From: Dehalococcoidia bacterium
Lineage (GTDB): Bacteria > Chloroflexota > Dehalococcoidia > Plut-88900
NCBI GenBank assembly: GCA_965249275.1
Contig: CBDFLQ010000006.1
Span: 704,001 to 768,000 of the forward strand
Direction of reading: 5' to 3'
DNA length: 64,000 bases
Position 1 is the stretch's first letter. Every line of letters begins with the position of its first letter. Of this stretch, positions 39,107 to 48,175 are shown piece by piece. A model generated the notes under the pieces. It worked only from the letters and a program-made list of their open reading frames with translations. It searched no databases and was not told the origin of the DNA. The translations under genes and the position numbers were made by a program.

Positions 39107-40036
39107 ATGAAGGCCTACATCCTTCGCAGGATGCTCTGGGTCCCAGTAGTCCTTCTCGTCGTGTCCTTCGTCACCTTTGCCCTCGGCAACTATGGCCCGG
39201 GCGACCCCGTTTCCGTTCTCGCCGGCCAGCACCGGGACCCCGATGTCATTGCCCGCATCAAAGAACAGCGCGGCCTCGACGACCCCTTCTTCGTACAGTA
39301 TGGGCGTTACGTATGGAACGCCGTGCAGGGAGACCTCGGAGAGAGTTTCACCTTCCGCGGCGAACGCGTCTCCAGCCTAATCACCGGCAAGATATGGGTG
39401 TCGGCCCAGCTGGGCATCGCAGCGACGATAATTTCTGTGTTTGGAGGTGTGCCCCTGGGCTTGACCGCCGCCCTGAACCAGGGCCGCTGGACGGACCCGG
39501 TCATCGTCGCCACCACACTCCTCTTTGTCTCGGTCCCCGTCCTGGTGACCGCGCCCCTGCTCGCCCTCATATTTGTCGTATGGCTGGACATATTGCCCAG
39601 CGGCGGATGGGGCGGCTTCTTCGACATACGCATACTCATGCCCGCCTTCGTTATGGGAGTGCCGGGCATCGCCATAATGACCCGGCTGATGAGGGCCAGC
39701 ACCCTGGACGTCCTGGGCCAGGACTACATCCGCACCGCCCGAGCCAAGGGCCTGCGCGAATGGACCGTCCGCCGCCGACACATCGCCCGAAATTCCATCA
39801 TCCCCATCGTCACCGTCATTGGCCTCTCTCTGGGCGACCTTGTGACCGGCGCATTCATTACCGAGCAACTGTACGGCATCCCGGGTATCGGCAAGTTGGC
39901 CATCGACTCCATATTCAACCGGGACTTTCCGGTCATCATGGCCCTCGTGCTGATCATTGCCGTGTCCTTTGTCCTTGCCAACCTGCTGGTCGACGTTCTC
40001 TACGCCTTCCTCGACCCCCGGATCAAGTATGACTAA
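39107..40036 (+). CDS. oppB: Oligopeptide ABC permease OppB/DppB family
   Basis: PGDP, GDLGES, DYIRTARAKGL, PGIG, DPRI. Confidence 0.92.
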   Translation: MKAYILRRMLWVPVVLLVVSFVTFALGNYGPGDPVSVLAGQHRDPDVIARIKEQRGLDDPFFVQYGRYVWNAVQGDLGESFTFRGERVSSLITGKIWVSAQLGIAATIISVFGGVPLGLTAALNQGRWTDPVIVATTLLFVSVPVLVTAPLLALIFVVWLDILPSGGWGGFFDIRILMPAFVMGVPGIAIMTRLMRASTLDVLGQDYIRTARAKGLREWTVRRRHIARNSIIPIVTVIGLSLGDLVTGAFITEQLYGIPGIGKLAIDSIFNRDFPVIMALVLIIAVSFVLANLLVDVLYAFLDPRIKYD

Positions 40037-42080
40037 CCCGCTGCAGCTCCTGAGCGGACTGGGTCGCCGACTCCTCAAAAGGGACTCCTTCAACTCAGCG
40101 CCGGAAGGCCCTGCATCCACCTCCGAGGGGCGCGGCGGTCCCTGGGCACAGGCATGGACCCGGCTGCGCCACAAGAAGGTCGCGCTGGGGGCGCTCATCG
40201 TTGTCGTCATTCTCTATGGGGTGGGCGCCTTAGCCCCTCTAACCGCTCCCCGAGACTACCGGGAGACGCCGTCAACTAACCTGGAAGAACTGCCTGGATT
40301 CCAGGGCTTGGTCATGTCTCCCAACTGGTCGGATGACTCGACTTTGTACAACTACACGCCTGTTGGCGTTTTTCGCTCCGAAAACGCGGGAGGCAGCTGG
40401 ACTCAAGTAGTCTCAGGGCTGGGCGCCGTCAACGTGGATGTGCTGGTGCCGGTCCCGTCCGAAGGGCTTGAAGAGGTGGTCTACGCCGGTACGCCTCAGG
40501 GAGTTTTTGTCTCCCGGGACGGCGCCTCTTCCTGGGCCCCTGCGAACGTCGGCCTCCCGGACAATCTTGGCATCAATCACATCGCCGCCTCACCCGTCTT
40601 CCACGCGGACGGGACCCTGATTGCCGCCTTGTCCGGCGGCCTGTTCAGGAGCGCAGACCGGGGCACGACCTGGACAAACGTCAGCAATGGCTTCCAAGGC
40701 GACTCCCCTGCCGCATCCCACGTCGTCTTCTCCCCCGCCTTCGCCATTGACGCCACGGTCTTCGCCACCGTTACCGAGCGCAAGACAGGCTCCTTCCGCT
40801 CCGTCGAGGAGATCTACCGCTCGACAGACGGCGGGGTGACCTGGACCCAGGCCTACGAGGGCAGAGCGGGCACGTCCCGGGAAACCAGGATGGCCATATC
40901 GCCGGCCTTCGCCCGAGACGGCACCCTGTACGTGTCCACCTCCCAGGGTTTGCTCCGCTCTCGGGACAGGGGGCAAACATGGGATGTGATTGACGAAAGT
41001 TTGGGCAGCCACCAGGTAATCTCCCTCCTTATCTCCCCCGATTTCGGGTCCGACAACACCATATTTGCCAACACCAGCAGCCTGGGTATTTATCGCTCCG
41101 TCGATGGAGGCGAGTCCTGGGACATAGTAACCACCGGCCTCAGCATCACCAAGGCCGAAGGCCTGGCTGTCTCACCCAACTTCGGCAACGACGCCACGCT
41201 ATTTGCCGGCACTGTGGACGGCGGGCTGTTCATCACCACTAACGGCGGCGACCTCTGGACCGAACTCGCCTCCACGGACCTCATCCAAGGGCCGTCCATT
41301 TTCAATTGGCCCCCCAGCTTCGAGCATCCCCTTGGCACCGACAGGATCGGCCGCGACATGCTGAGCCGGGTAATCTACGGCATCCGCACCACGGTGATCA
41401 TCACCTTGGCCTCGGTGCTTACGGGATCGCTGCTGATTGGTGTGTTCATGGGCGCCGCCGCGGGTTATTTTGGCCGCCGCGTAGATACCATAATCATGCG
41501 CACCGGCGATATATTTCTCGCATTCCCCGGCATCCTGCTTATCATCCTTATCGCTGCCACGGTCAAGCCGAGGGTCGTGGAATGGACCAGGGGATTCGAA
41601 GACTGGTCAGGCATCGATGGCATAGTAAGGTCGGGGGCCGTGGACTACTTTGTAGTGTTCGCGTCGCTGACCCTGTTCAGCTGGGTCGGCATGGCTCGGC
41701 TGGTCAGAGGCCAGGTCCTGTCGCTGAAGGAGAGCCAGTACGTGGAGGCGGCTAGGGCCATGGGCGCCTCGAACCTGCGCATCGTCTTCCGGCACCTGCT
41801 CCCGAACGCCATCAGCCCGGTCATCGTATCGGTCTCGATGGGTATGGGTGCTGTGGCGGGATCGGAAGTGGTGCTGAGTTGGTTAGGGATCGGCATCCAG
41901 CCCCCGAACCCTAGCCTCGGGCGCATGATCCTCGAAAACTTTGGAATATCCAACCTCTCCATCCTCCGCGACGATCCCCACCTCCTCCTGGTACCCGCCG
42001 CCACCATCGCCATCCTCATCTACGCCTGGAACCTCCTCGGAGACGGCCTCAACGACGTTCTGAACCCGAGGACACGGTAG
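40029..42080 (+). CDS. oppC: OppC/DppC permease with inserted BNR/Asp-box beta-propeller domain
   Basis: TM1, then repeated SxDGGxTW motifs, then HPLGTDRIGRD, YVEAARAMGAS, LLGDGL..VLNPR. Confidence 0.85.
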   Translation: MTNPLQLLSGLGRRLLKRDSFNSAPEGPASTSEGRGGPWAQAWTRLRHKKVALGALIVVVILYGVGALAPLTAPRDYRETPSTNLEELPGFQGLVMSPNWSDDSTLYNYTPVGVFRSENAGGSWTQVVSGLGAVNVDVLVPVPSEGLEEVVYAGTPQGVFVSRDGASSWAPANVGLPDNLGINHIAASPVFHADGTLIAALSGGLFRSADRGTTWTNVSNGFQGDSPAASHVVFSPAFAIDATVFATVTERKTGSFRSVEEIYRSTDGGVTWTQAYEGRAGTSRETRMAISPAFARDGTLYVSTSQGLLRSRDRGQTWDVIDESLGSHQVISLLISPDFGSDNTIFANTSSLGIYRSVDGGESWDIVTTGLSITKAEGLAVSPNFGNDATLFAGTVDGGLFITTNGGDLWTELASTDLIQGPSIFNWPPSFEHPLGTDRIGRDMLSRVIYGIRTTVIITLASVLTGSLLIGVFMGAAAGYFGRRVDTIIMRTGDIFLAFPGILLIILIAATVKPRVVEWTRGFEDWSGIDGIVRSGAVDYFVVFASLTLFSWVGMARLVRGQVLSLKESQYVEAARAMGASNLRIVFRHLLPNAISPVIVSVSMGMGAVAGSEVVLSWLGIGIQPPNPSLGRMILENFGISNLSILRDDPHLLLVPAATIAILIYAWNLLGDGLNDVLNPRTR

Positions 42081-42081
42081 A

Positions 42082-42363
42082 ATGAATTACATATCCGTCC
42101 CGCCATCCGGCGACGACAAGCCTTCCCTGGCAACCCTTCGCGGCGCCTTCACTTGTCTTCCAGACGCAACCTATCAAGACTTTCTGGATATCAAGGCGAT
42201 ATGGAACCCCAGGGTCCCGGAAGTCGACGATCTCGAGGAGAACTGCAGCGCCGGATAGCTCTATCCAACTCTTGGACGAAACGCACGTCCCTTGTTTGAC
42301 ATACGCCTCGTGACAAAGGACGCTATCTTAACGGCTTCCGCCCAAATGTATACCATCTGGTAG
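42082..42363 (+). pseudogene. Remnant of an antitoxin plus PIN toxin (VapBC-like) pair
   Basis: 58-aa ORF (LATLRGAF..DFLDIKAIW) followed by fragment LVTKDAILTASAQMYTIW-stop, resembling PIN-domain C-termini. Confidence 0.4.
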
Positions 42364-42391
42364 CCGATACGCCCCGCCGAGCAGGTTGGCC

Positions 42392-42907
42392 TTACAAATT
42401 CACAATCGCCAGACTAGACGCAATCAACGGCACATCCTGCTGGGCCTCGTCCGCAAGTCCGACCCGGTACACTGTCAGCCCGTGCTCTCCGGCTGGAGCG
42501 TCGTCCTGCACCCTGAACGTCAGCGTTGCAAGAGTCCCGGCATGTGTCGGGGCTGAAGTCTCGCCCCTCCGGGCCAGGGCGAAGATTAGCTGTCCAATCT
42601 CCTGGTCCGCCGACTCCACTCCCACCAGTGGCGAATCCCCGAGCAACTCTCCCACTAACATACCCTCGTAGGCAAAAACCTGCGGGTCATAGTTGATCGT
42701 CACCTCAGCCGCGCTGATTCCCTGTCCATTGGGATCGACTTCCACGTCCACCGTGAAGCTGCCACCCGACTCTGCGTCTATGCTGGCCGGCGTAAGAGTC
42801 ACGATTACCGCATCGTCATCTCCACCCCCGCACCCCGAGACTACGATCAGTACCACCAGCGCCCCGAGTATTGCTGCCGTCAACGATATTTTGGCCATTC
42901 TCTTCAT
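42392..42907 (-). CDS. Cohesin-domain lipoprotein
   Basis: Lipobox VSGC; FTVDVEVDP..ISAAEVTINYDPQVF..GTLATLTFRV pattern. Confidence 0.75.
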   Translation of the reverse strand: MKRMAKISLTAAILGALVVLIVVSGCGGGDDDAVIVTLTPASIDAESGGSFTVDVEVDPNGQGISAAEVTINYDPQVFAYEGMLVGELLGDSPLVGVESADQEIGQLIFALARRGETSAPTHAGTLATLTFRVQDDAPAGEHGLTVYRVGLADEAQQDVPLIASSLAIVNL

Positions 42908-42917
42908 ATCGTGTTGC

Positions 42918-44318
42918 TCACGGGGAGGGTAGCTGCGCACCGAGGATCGCCAGGTCCAGGTAGTTGACCACGTTGTCATTGTTCAGGTCCGCCGTTGCGT
43001 CGAAACCCGCCTCTCCGGAAATTGTCCCGTAGGCTTGGCGCAACTGCACTAAGGCCAGTTCCCCATTTTCAATCTCGACCTCGCCGGTCGAGTCTGGAGA
43101 AGGCGTCGCCGTAGGAGCGCCGAGGGGAGCCCGAGTAGGTATGGGGGTGGGGGTCGTCGAAGCGGGCCGGTTGCCTATCCTCTCCATCGACACCGGAGGC
43201 ACACCTAGGCTCTCCCTCCACATGTTGTCGAGAGTGATGAGGTCGATTCCATAGACCTTCTCCAGGGTGTCCTCGAAATTGAGCTGGCCCTCCCGAAACT
43301 CCCTGAGTAGTTCGCTCATCTTGGCCGTCCCGAAGGTCCTTATCATAAAGTCCACGACCTGACGGGAGTGGCCGTAAAATACGATAACGGCATCCGGCTC
43401 TCCGGGCCGGTTGGCGAGCTGGACCAGGGGGTATAGGGTGTCCGTCCTGACGGCGCGGAGCACCGCCAGATCATAAGAGAAGCCCGGCTCGATGTTGCCG
43501 TACTCGGCGAGGCCCTCGTTTAGCCAGTCCGGGACCCGTTTCCCCGGCCCTTCGGCGGCTTGTGCAATGAGGAGGTGTGTCACTTCATGGGATACGATTC
43601 CCTTTATCTGGCTGTCGAACCCGTTTATCAGAAGCACCCCCTCTTTCCCGTGGGCCTGCCCCTGGGTCACTAACCCGCTGGAGCTGGTCCGGCTGATGAA
43701 TGGCAGGGCATCCCTCATCTGCACCGGGTTGCTGTACATCACTATGTTGACGTTTCGTGTCAGTGAAGTCTCCAGCAGCCGACCCACGTTGCTCAAGGTC
43801 TTCACTGAAGTGTCCAGCACCGTTTCGGCCCGCGTCTTCACGGGCCCGTTGTAGTAGACGGTCACGTTCTCCCGGGACACGGTGTTCCACTCGAAACGGG
43901 TGTCGGTGTAGACAAACTCGATGACTTCCGTCTCCGCAGAGTTGCCATCCTCGTCCTCCAGTATCCACCTGTACGAGATGACGGCGCCCGGAGGTATGTA
44001 GGTGCTGCTCCCGCCCCGAGTCCTGAGCGTGAACTCTGCAGTCGAAGGGTTGCCATCCTCGAACTCCACAGGTTCCACTCGTCTCGAGTCCTGTCCCACT
44101 ATCAGGAATGTCATGTTGACGCGGGCCACGGGCCTATCGGTGGAGAACTCCAGGGAAAAGGTCATGTCATCCGGGAAGTTGGTCTCGACCGACTGCTCCC
44201 CGAACTCAGTCCAGTGATTGTCCGCCGAAGCTCCTGCGCTTAGTCCGGCCCACAACACTCCCGCAGCTATGGTAACCGCCACTGCTATCCAAATATGGCT
44301 GTATCTTAGTTGTGCCAT
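42918..44318 (-). CDS. Secreted gluzincin (peptidase MA-like) with PT linker and C-terminal dockerin-like module
   Basis: HEVTH..WLNEGLAEY; C-terminal QAYGTISGEAGFDATADLNNDNVVNYLDLAILG. Confidence 0.8.
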   Translation of the reverse strand: MAQLRYSHIWIAVAVTIAAGVLWAGLSAGASADNHWTEFGEQSVETNFPDDMTFSLEFSTDRPVARVNMTFLIVGQDSRRVEPVEFEDGNPSTAEFTLRTRGGSSTYIPPGAVISYRWILEDEDGNSAETEVIEFVYTDTRFEWNTVSRENVTVYYNGPVKTRAETVLDTSVKTLSNVGRLLETSLTRNVNIVMYSNPVQMRDALPFISRTSSSGLVTQGQAHGKEGVLLINGFDSQIKGIVSHEVTHLLIAQAAEGPGKRVPDWLNEGLAEYGNIEPGFSYDLAVLRAVRTDTLYPLVQLANRPGEPDAVIVFYGHSRQVVDFMIRTFGTAKMSELLREFREGQLNFEDTLEKVYGIDLITLDNMWRESLGVPPVSMERIGNRPASTTPTPIPTRAPLGAPTATPSPDSTGEVEIENGELALVQLRQAYGTISGEAGFDATADLNNDNVVNYLDLAILGAQLPSP

Positions 44319-44339
44319 CGGTCCGTTAACGTCCCGCCA

Positions 44340-45704
44340 TTAGGGGCTTGCCATGCTTCGTATCAGGGCTATGGCAAGGTTTACGACATCACCCAACAGG
44401 CCCGAGTCAACGAATTCCAGGGTGTCCTCGGCGGTGTTGACCCGGGAAAGGTCGTCACCGAAGAAGAACACCACGGGTATCTCCACCGACTGGAAGACAA
44501 CGTGGTCGCTGATCAGCCCCTCGGGCTCTCGGCCCGGGGTGATAGTGACTCCAAGCTCCGTACCCAGCCGCAAGACCTCCAGTTGAAACGCCGGCTCTCC
44601 AGCGATAATAGCCCTTTCACCGCTCCCAACATCGTCCAGGTTGATCATAGCAAGCACGCTGCCCGTGTTGTCACCTATGACGTTCGAAACGTATCGCTGG
44701 CTGCCTATGAGGCCGACCTCTTCCCCGCCGAAGGCCACGAATGTCACGTCCACGGCAAGGTCGTCGTCCTTTAGGGCTCGGGCGATGGTGAGCAAGGCTG
44801 CCGTCCCCGACGCATTGTCGTTCGCCCCGACCGACTCGGTGTCCGTATCGTAGTGCGCTCCGACTATAATCGTTGGCGCGCCGGCTATGGAGCCCTTCTT
44901 GGTCGCCACTACGTTGCGGCTCACCCGGTCTTTCGTCTCCACCTTGACCCGTACCCTCACCTCACCCGACTCCATCATCGCCAGAAGGGCCTGACCGTCT
45001 TCCTGGCTTATTGAAAGCGCCGGTATCTGGCCGGCAGTTTGAAGGGTGCCTGCGAAGTTCTCCGGCTCGCTGTTGTATATTATGACCGCCGAAGCGCCCG
45101 CGTCCCGAGCATTGCTGGCTTTAATTTCAAAGTCGGTCTCTCCCCGCCCGATTAGCGCCACGGCCCCGTCCAATCCATCCCCGGGGAAGTCTTCCGGCCT
45201 GCCTAGTCCTGCATCCACCAGCCTCGCTTCCACGTCCCCGAAACCCGTCCGATACATGAACAGCGATTCGATAACTTGCTCATCCTCGCCCATGACCCTC
45301 AGCCAAGGTTCATCACTGCTTATTAGTCTCAGGTCGAAGCCCCTGACCTCTGCCTCGTACCCAAAACTGCTAAGCTCGGCGGCAATGAATTCCGCGGCCG
45401 CAAGCTCTCCGTCCGTCGTAGCATTTCGTTCCGGGTAATCAGAAACTATGGTTTCCACGTATCCATAGGCTATATCACCCAAGTCAGGTGCGAAGGAAAC
45501 AGCGGTGGGCACGTTGACGCCCGGGGCGGAGATGGGGGTCGAGGTAGGAATTGCGATGGTGGGGGTCGGCGTGCCTGTTGTATCAATTGCCTGGGGGGTG
45601 AGTGCCTGCGCCTCAGTAGTTGCAGTGGCATCCCCACCGCCGCCACATGCGGCCGCAACCAGTACTGCCAGCATTGTAGCGGCCAAGATTTTGAATTTGA
45701 TCAT
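44340..45704 (-). CDS. M28 aminopeptidase-like lipoprotein with PA domain
   Basis: Lipobox VAAAC; ALIGRG..KASNARDAGA; GAHYD, GANDNASG, GEEVGL, SDH. Confidence 0.88.
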   Translation of the reverse strand: MIKFKILAATMLAVLVAAACGGGGDATATTEAQALTPQAIDTTGTPTPTIAIPTSTPISAPGVNVPTAVSFAPDLGDIAYGYVETIVSDYPERNATTDGELAAAEFIAAELSSFGYEAEVRGFDLRLISSDEPWLRVMGEDEQVIESLFMYRTGFGDVEARLVDAGLGRPEDFPGDGLDGAVALIGRGETDFEIKASNARDAGASAVIIYNSEPENFAGTLQTAGQIPALSISQEDGQALLAMMESGEVRVRVKVETKDRVSRNVVATKKGSIAGAPTIIVGAHYDTDTESVGANDNASGTAALLTIARALKDDDLAVDVTFVAFGGEEVGLIGSQRYVSNVIGDNTGSVLAMINLDDVGSGERAIIAGEPAFQLEVLRLGTELGVTITPGREPEGLISDHVVFQSVEIPVVFFFGDDLSRVNTAEDTLEFVDSGLLGDVVNLAIALIRSMASP

Positions 45705-45813
45705 CTAAACCTACGTCCTGTGTCCTCTCGGTGGGCACAGTAGAGTTTGGGACTAGCGGGGCTCATAAAACAATAACGTACATACAGTCATTTAGTTGCG
45801 CCCCTCAGCATAC

Positions 45814-45848
45814 AATAATGGGAAACTGCAGTGCAGTTTCCCATTATT
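45814..45848. terminator. Perfect 17-bp inverted repeat downstream of the FTR gene
   Basis: AATAATGGGAAACTGCA-g-TGCAGTTTCCCATTATT. Confidence 0.6.
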
Positions 45849-45869
45849 TACCTTGCTTAAGTTAGGGAA

Positions 45870-46301
45870 CTATTCCCCCCGACTTGCCGGCCCCCGAGCC
45901 GACTTCTTAGGCGCTCCGGTGTATTTATCATCCGGGAACAGCTCCTCACCGGGAGCCCCGCCCTCGCCGGCCACCGTGCTCATCGGCTCCTCGCCCGCTT
46001 CCATCTTGCGAAGAAACTCTTCGCTCACGAAGAACATTCATATACAGAATCCGTCCCGGGCTATGTCCTCGTGGTGCCTCTCGCAGGGGCAGATCTTCAT
46101 GCGATCCAGATCCGGATCGCCATCTACGATCATTCAGGGACAGTAGCGGTAGCCGAATTTCACCTCGTTCTTGGCTAGCCCCTTCTGCACCTCATCGACG
46201 ATCTCCGGGTCGGAGTAGAACTCGTAGGGTCCCTTCTCCACGTACTTCTCGGACATCTTTACGGCGCCCTTCAGGGCCTGCTCGAAGGTCTTCTTCTTCA
46301 A
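45870..46301 (-). CDS. Ferredoxin:thioredoxin reductase catalytic-subunit homolog with two selenocysteines (TGA 46136-46134 and 46040-46038)
   Basis: Read-through gives GLAKNEVKFGYRYCP-U-MIVDGDPDLDRMKICPCERHHEDIARDGFCI-U-MFFVSEE...stop at 45870; TTG 46301 is 7 nt from GGAGG; hairpins follow both UGAs. Confidence 0.88.
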
Positions 46302-46414
46302 CCTCATTCCTCCTTTGCTCTGGGGCCTGTGGTTCAATTATACCCCACCCCCTCCCTCAAAACCCGTATAATCTGCGTACGCACTCTACCCCTAGCCACT
46401 CACGGGAGGCAGCA

Positions 46415-47290
46415 ATGACCGAGTCCAATCTCTCCAACTGGGGCCGCTGGGGTCCCGACGACCAGATCGGCGTCCTAAACCTTCTACAGGGCCGGGGCCA
46501 TGTCCTCAAGGCCTTCAGCATGGTCAAGGAAGGCAAGATATACAGCCTCGCCGTGCCCCTAGAGAAGGACGGGCCCCAGATGCCCACCTTCCACAAGACC
46601 TGGCGCGTCTCCCACGTCGCCGAGCGCAAGGACCCCGACCTCTCGATCATCGATGACGTCATAGTCATGGAGACTCACTCCGGCACACACATCGACGCCT
46701 TAGGCCACGTCTGGGCCGACGGCCAGTTCTATAACGGATTCTCCTCCGACGAATTCGCCAGCAGCCGGGGAGTTGAACGTACGGGCATTGAGAACGTCCG
46801 CCACATCATCGGGCGGGGCGTGATGCTGGACGTAGCCGCCTATAGGGGCGTAGACCACCTCCAGGAGGCCGAGGCCGTCACCCCGGAAGACCTCGACGGC
46901 GCTGCACAGGCCCAGGGAATCGCCCTCGAACCCGGAGACGTGGTAATGATTCGCACCGGCTGGTATACCCTCTTCGAAAAGGACCGCGCCCGATGGGCCT
47001 CCTCCTTCCCCGGCCCCGATGCCTCCGTCCTCCCCTGGCTGAAGGAGCACGACGTTTGCGCCATCGGCACCGATCACCCAACCTGCGAGCGCAGGATCAA
47101 GGTCGGCAGCCCCGAGGGTGGCCTTCCACTCCACCGCTACGCCCTTAGGGATCTTGGCGTCTACATCCTCGAAAACCTCGACCTGGAGGGCCTAGCCCGG
47201 GACAAGGTCTACGAGTTTCTGTTCATCGGCGCACCCCTTCGCCTGACTCACGCCACCGGTTCCCCCTGGAACCCCCTGGCCATCATATAG
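46415..47290 (+). CDS. Cyclase family (kynurenine formamidase-like) metal hydrolase
   Basis: [40 protein letters not shown]. Confidence 0.88.
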   Translation: MTESNLSNWGRWGPDDQIGVLNLLQGRGHVLKAFSMVKEGKIYSLAVPLEKDGPQMPTFHKTWRVSHVAERKDPDLSIIDDVIVMETHSGTHIDALGHVWADGQFYNGFSSDEFASSRGVERTGIENVRHIIGRGVMLDVAAYRGVDHLQEAEAVTPEDLDGAAQAQGIALEPGDVVMIRTGWYTLFEKDRARWASSFPGPDASVLPWLKEHDVCAIGTDHPTCERRIKVGSPEGGLPLHRYALRDLGVYILENLDLEGLARDKVYEFLFIGAPLRLTHATGSPWNPLAII

Positions 47291-47302
47291 AGAGGGCCTG
47301 TT

Positions 47303-48175
47303 ATGACTAACGAAAAGCTTTCAAACTGGGGCCGCTGGGGCCCCGACGACCAGATAGGGGTCCTGAATCTGCTCCAGAACTCTTCCTCAGTACTTGATGC
47401 TATAAAGCTGGTAAAGAAGGGGGACGTATACAGCCTCGCCGTGCCCCTGGAAAAGGACGGTCCCCAGTTCCCCCTCTTCCACAAGACCTGGCGCGTCTCC
47501 CACTGGCAGCACCTCCACGATCCCGATCTCGACATCATCGACGATGTGATCGCCATGGAAACCCACTCCGGCTCTCACATCGACGGTCTGGGACACTCCT
47601 GGCACGACGGACAGTTCTACAACGGCTTCTCCTCAGACAAGTACGCCAGCAGCCGGGGCGTCGAGCGCCTGGGCATCGAGAATGTGCGCCACATCTTCGG
47701 CCGCGGCGTCATGCTCGACGTCGCAGCCTATAAGGGAGTCGACCACCTCGGCCCCGCCGAGCCCGTCACCGCCGATGACCTGGACAACGTCGCCGCCGCC
47801 CAAGGCGTCGACCTAAAGCCCGGCGACGTGGTTTTGGTCCGCACCGGCTGGTACACCCTCTTCGGTAAGGACCGAGCCCGGTGGGCTACATCATTCCCAG
47901 GCCCCGACGCCTCCGTGCTCCCCTGGCTCAAAGAGCACGACGTGGTAGCCATAGGCACCGACCATCCCGCCTGTGAGCTCTTCGAAAACTTGGAAGAGCC
48001 CGGGGATACACCCCTCCACCGGCACGGCCTCCGGGACCTGGGCGTCTATCTCCTCGAAAACATGGACTTGGAAGAACTGGCCCGGGACAAAGTCTACGAG
48101 TTCCTGTTCGTCGGGACGCCACTGCGCATCACCCATGGCACAGGCTCGCCCTGGAACCCTTTGGCAATAGCATGA
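47303..48175 (+). CDS. Cyclase family protein, tandem paralog
   Basis: Same motifs; long identical stretches with the preceding gene. Confidence 0.88.
   Translation: MTNEKLSNWGRWGPDDQIGVLNLLQNSSSVLDAIKLVKKGDVYSLAVPLEKDGPQFPLFHKTWRVSHWQHLHDPDLDIIDDVIAMETHSGSHIDGLGHSWHDGQFYNGFSSDKYASSRGVERLGIENVRHIFGRGVMLDVAAYKGVDHLGPAEPVTADDLDNVAAAQGVDLKPGDVVLVRTGWYTLFGKDRARWATSFPGPDASVLPWLKEHDVVAIGTDHPACELFENLEEPGDTPLHRHGLRDLGVYLLENMDLEELARDKVYEFLFVGTPLRITHGTGSPWNPLAIA

Noticed and set aside
46134-46337. 67-aa ORF treated as a truncated FTR pseudogene
   Set aside because: Both stops are TGA at Cys-equivalent positions, with conserved downstream sequence and hairpins; Sec recoding is more parsimonious.
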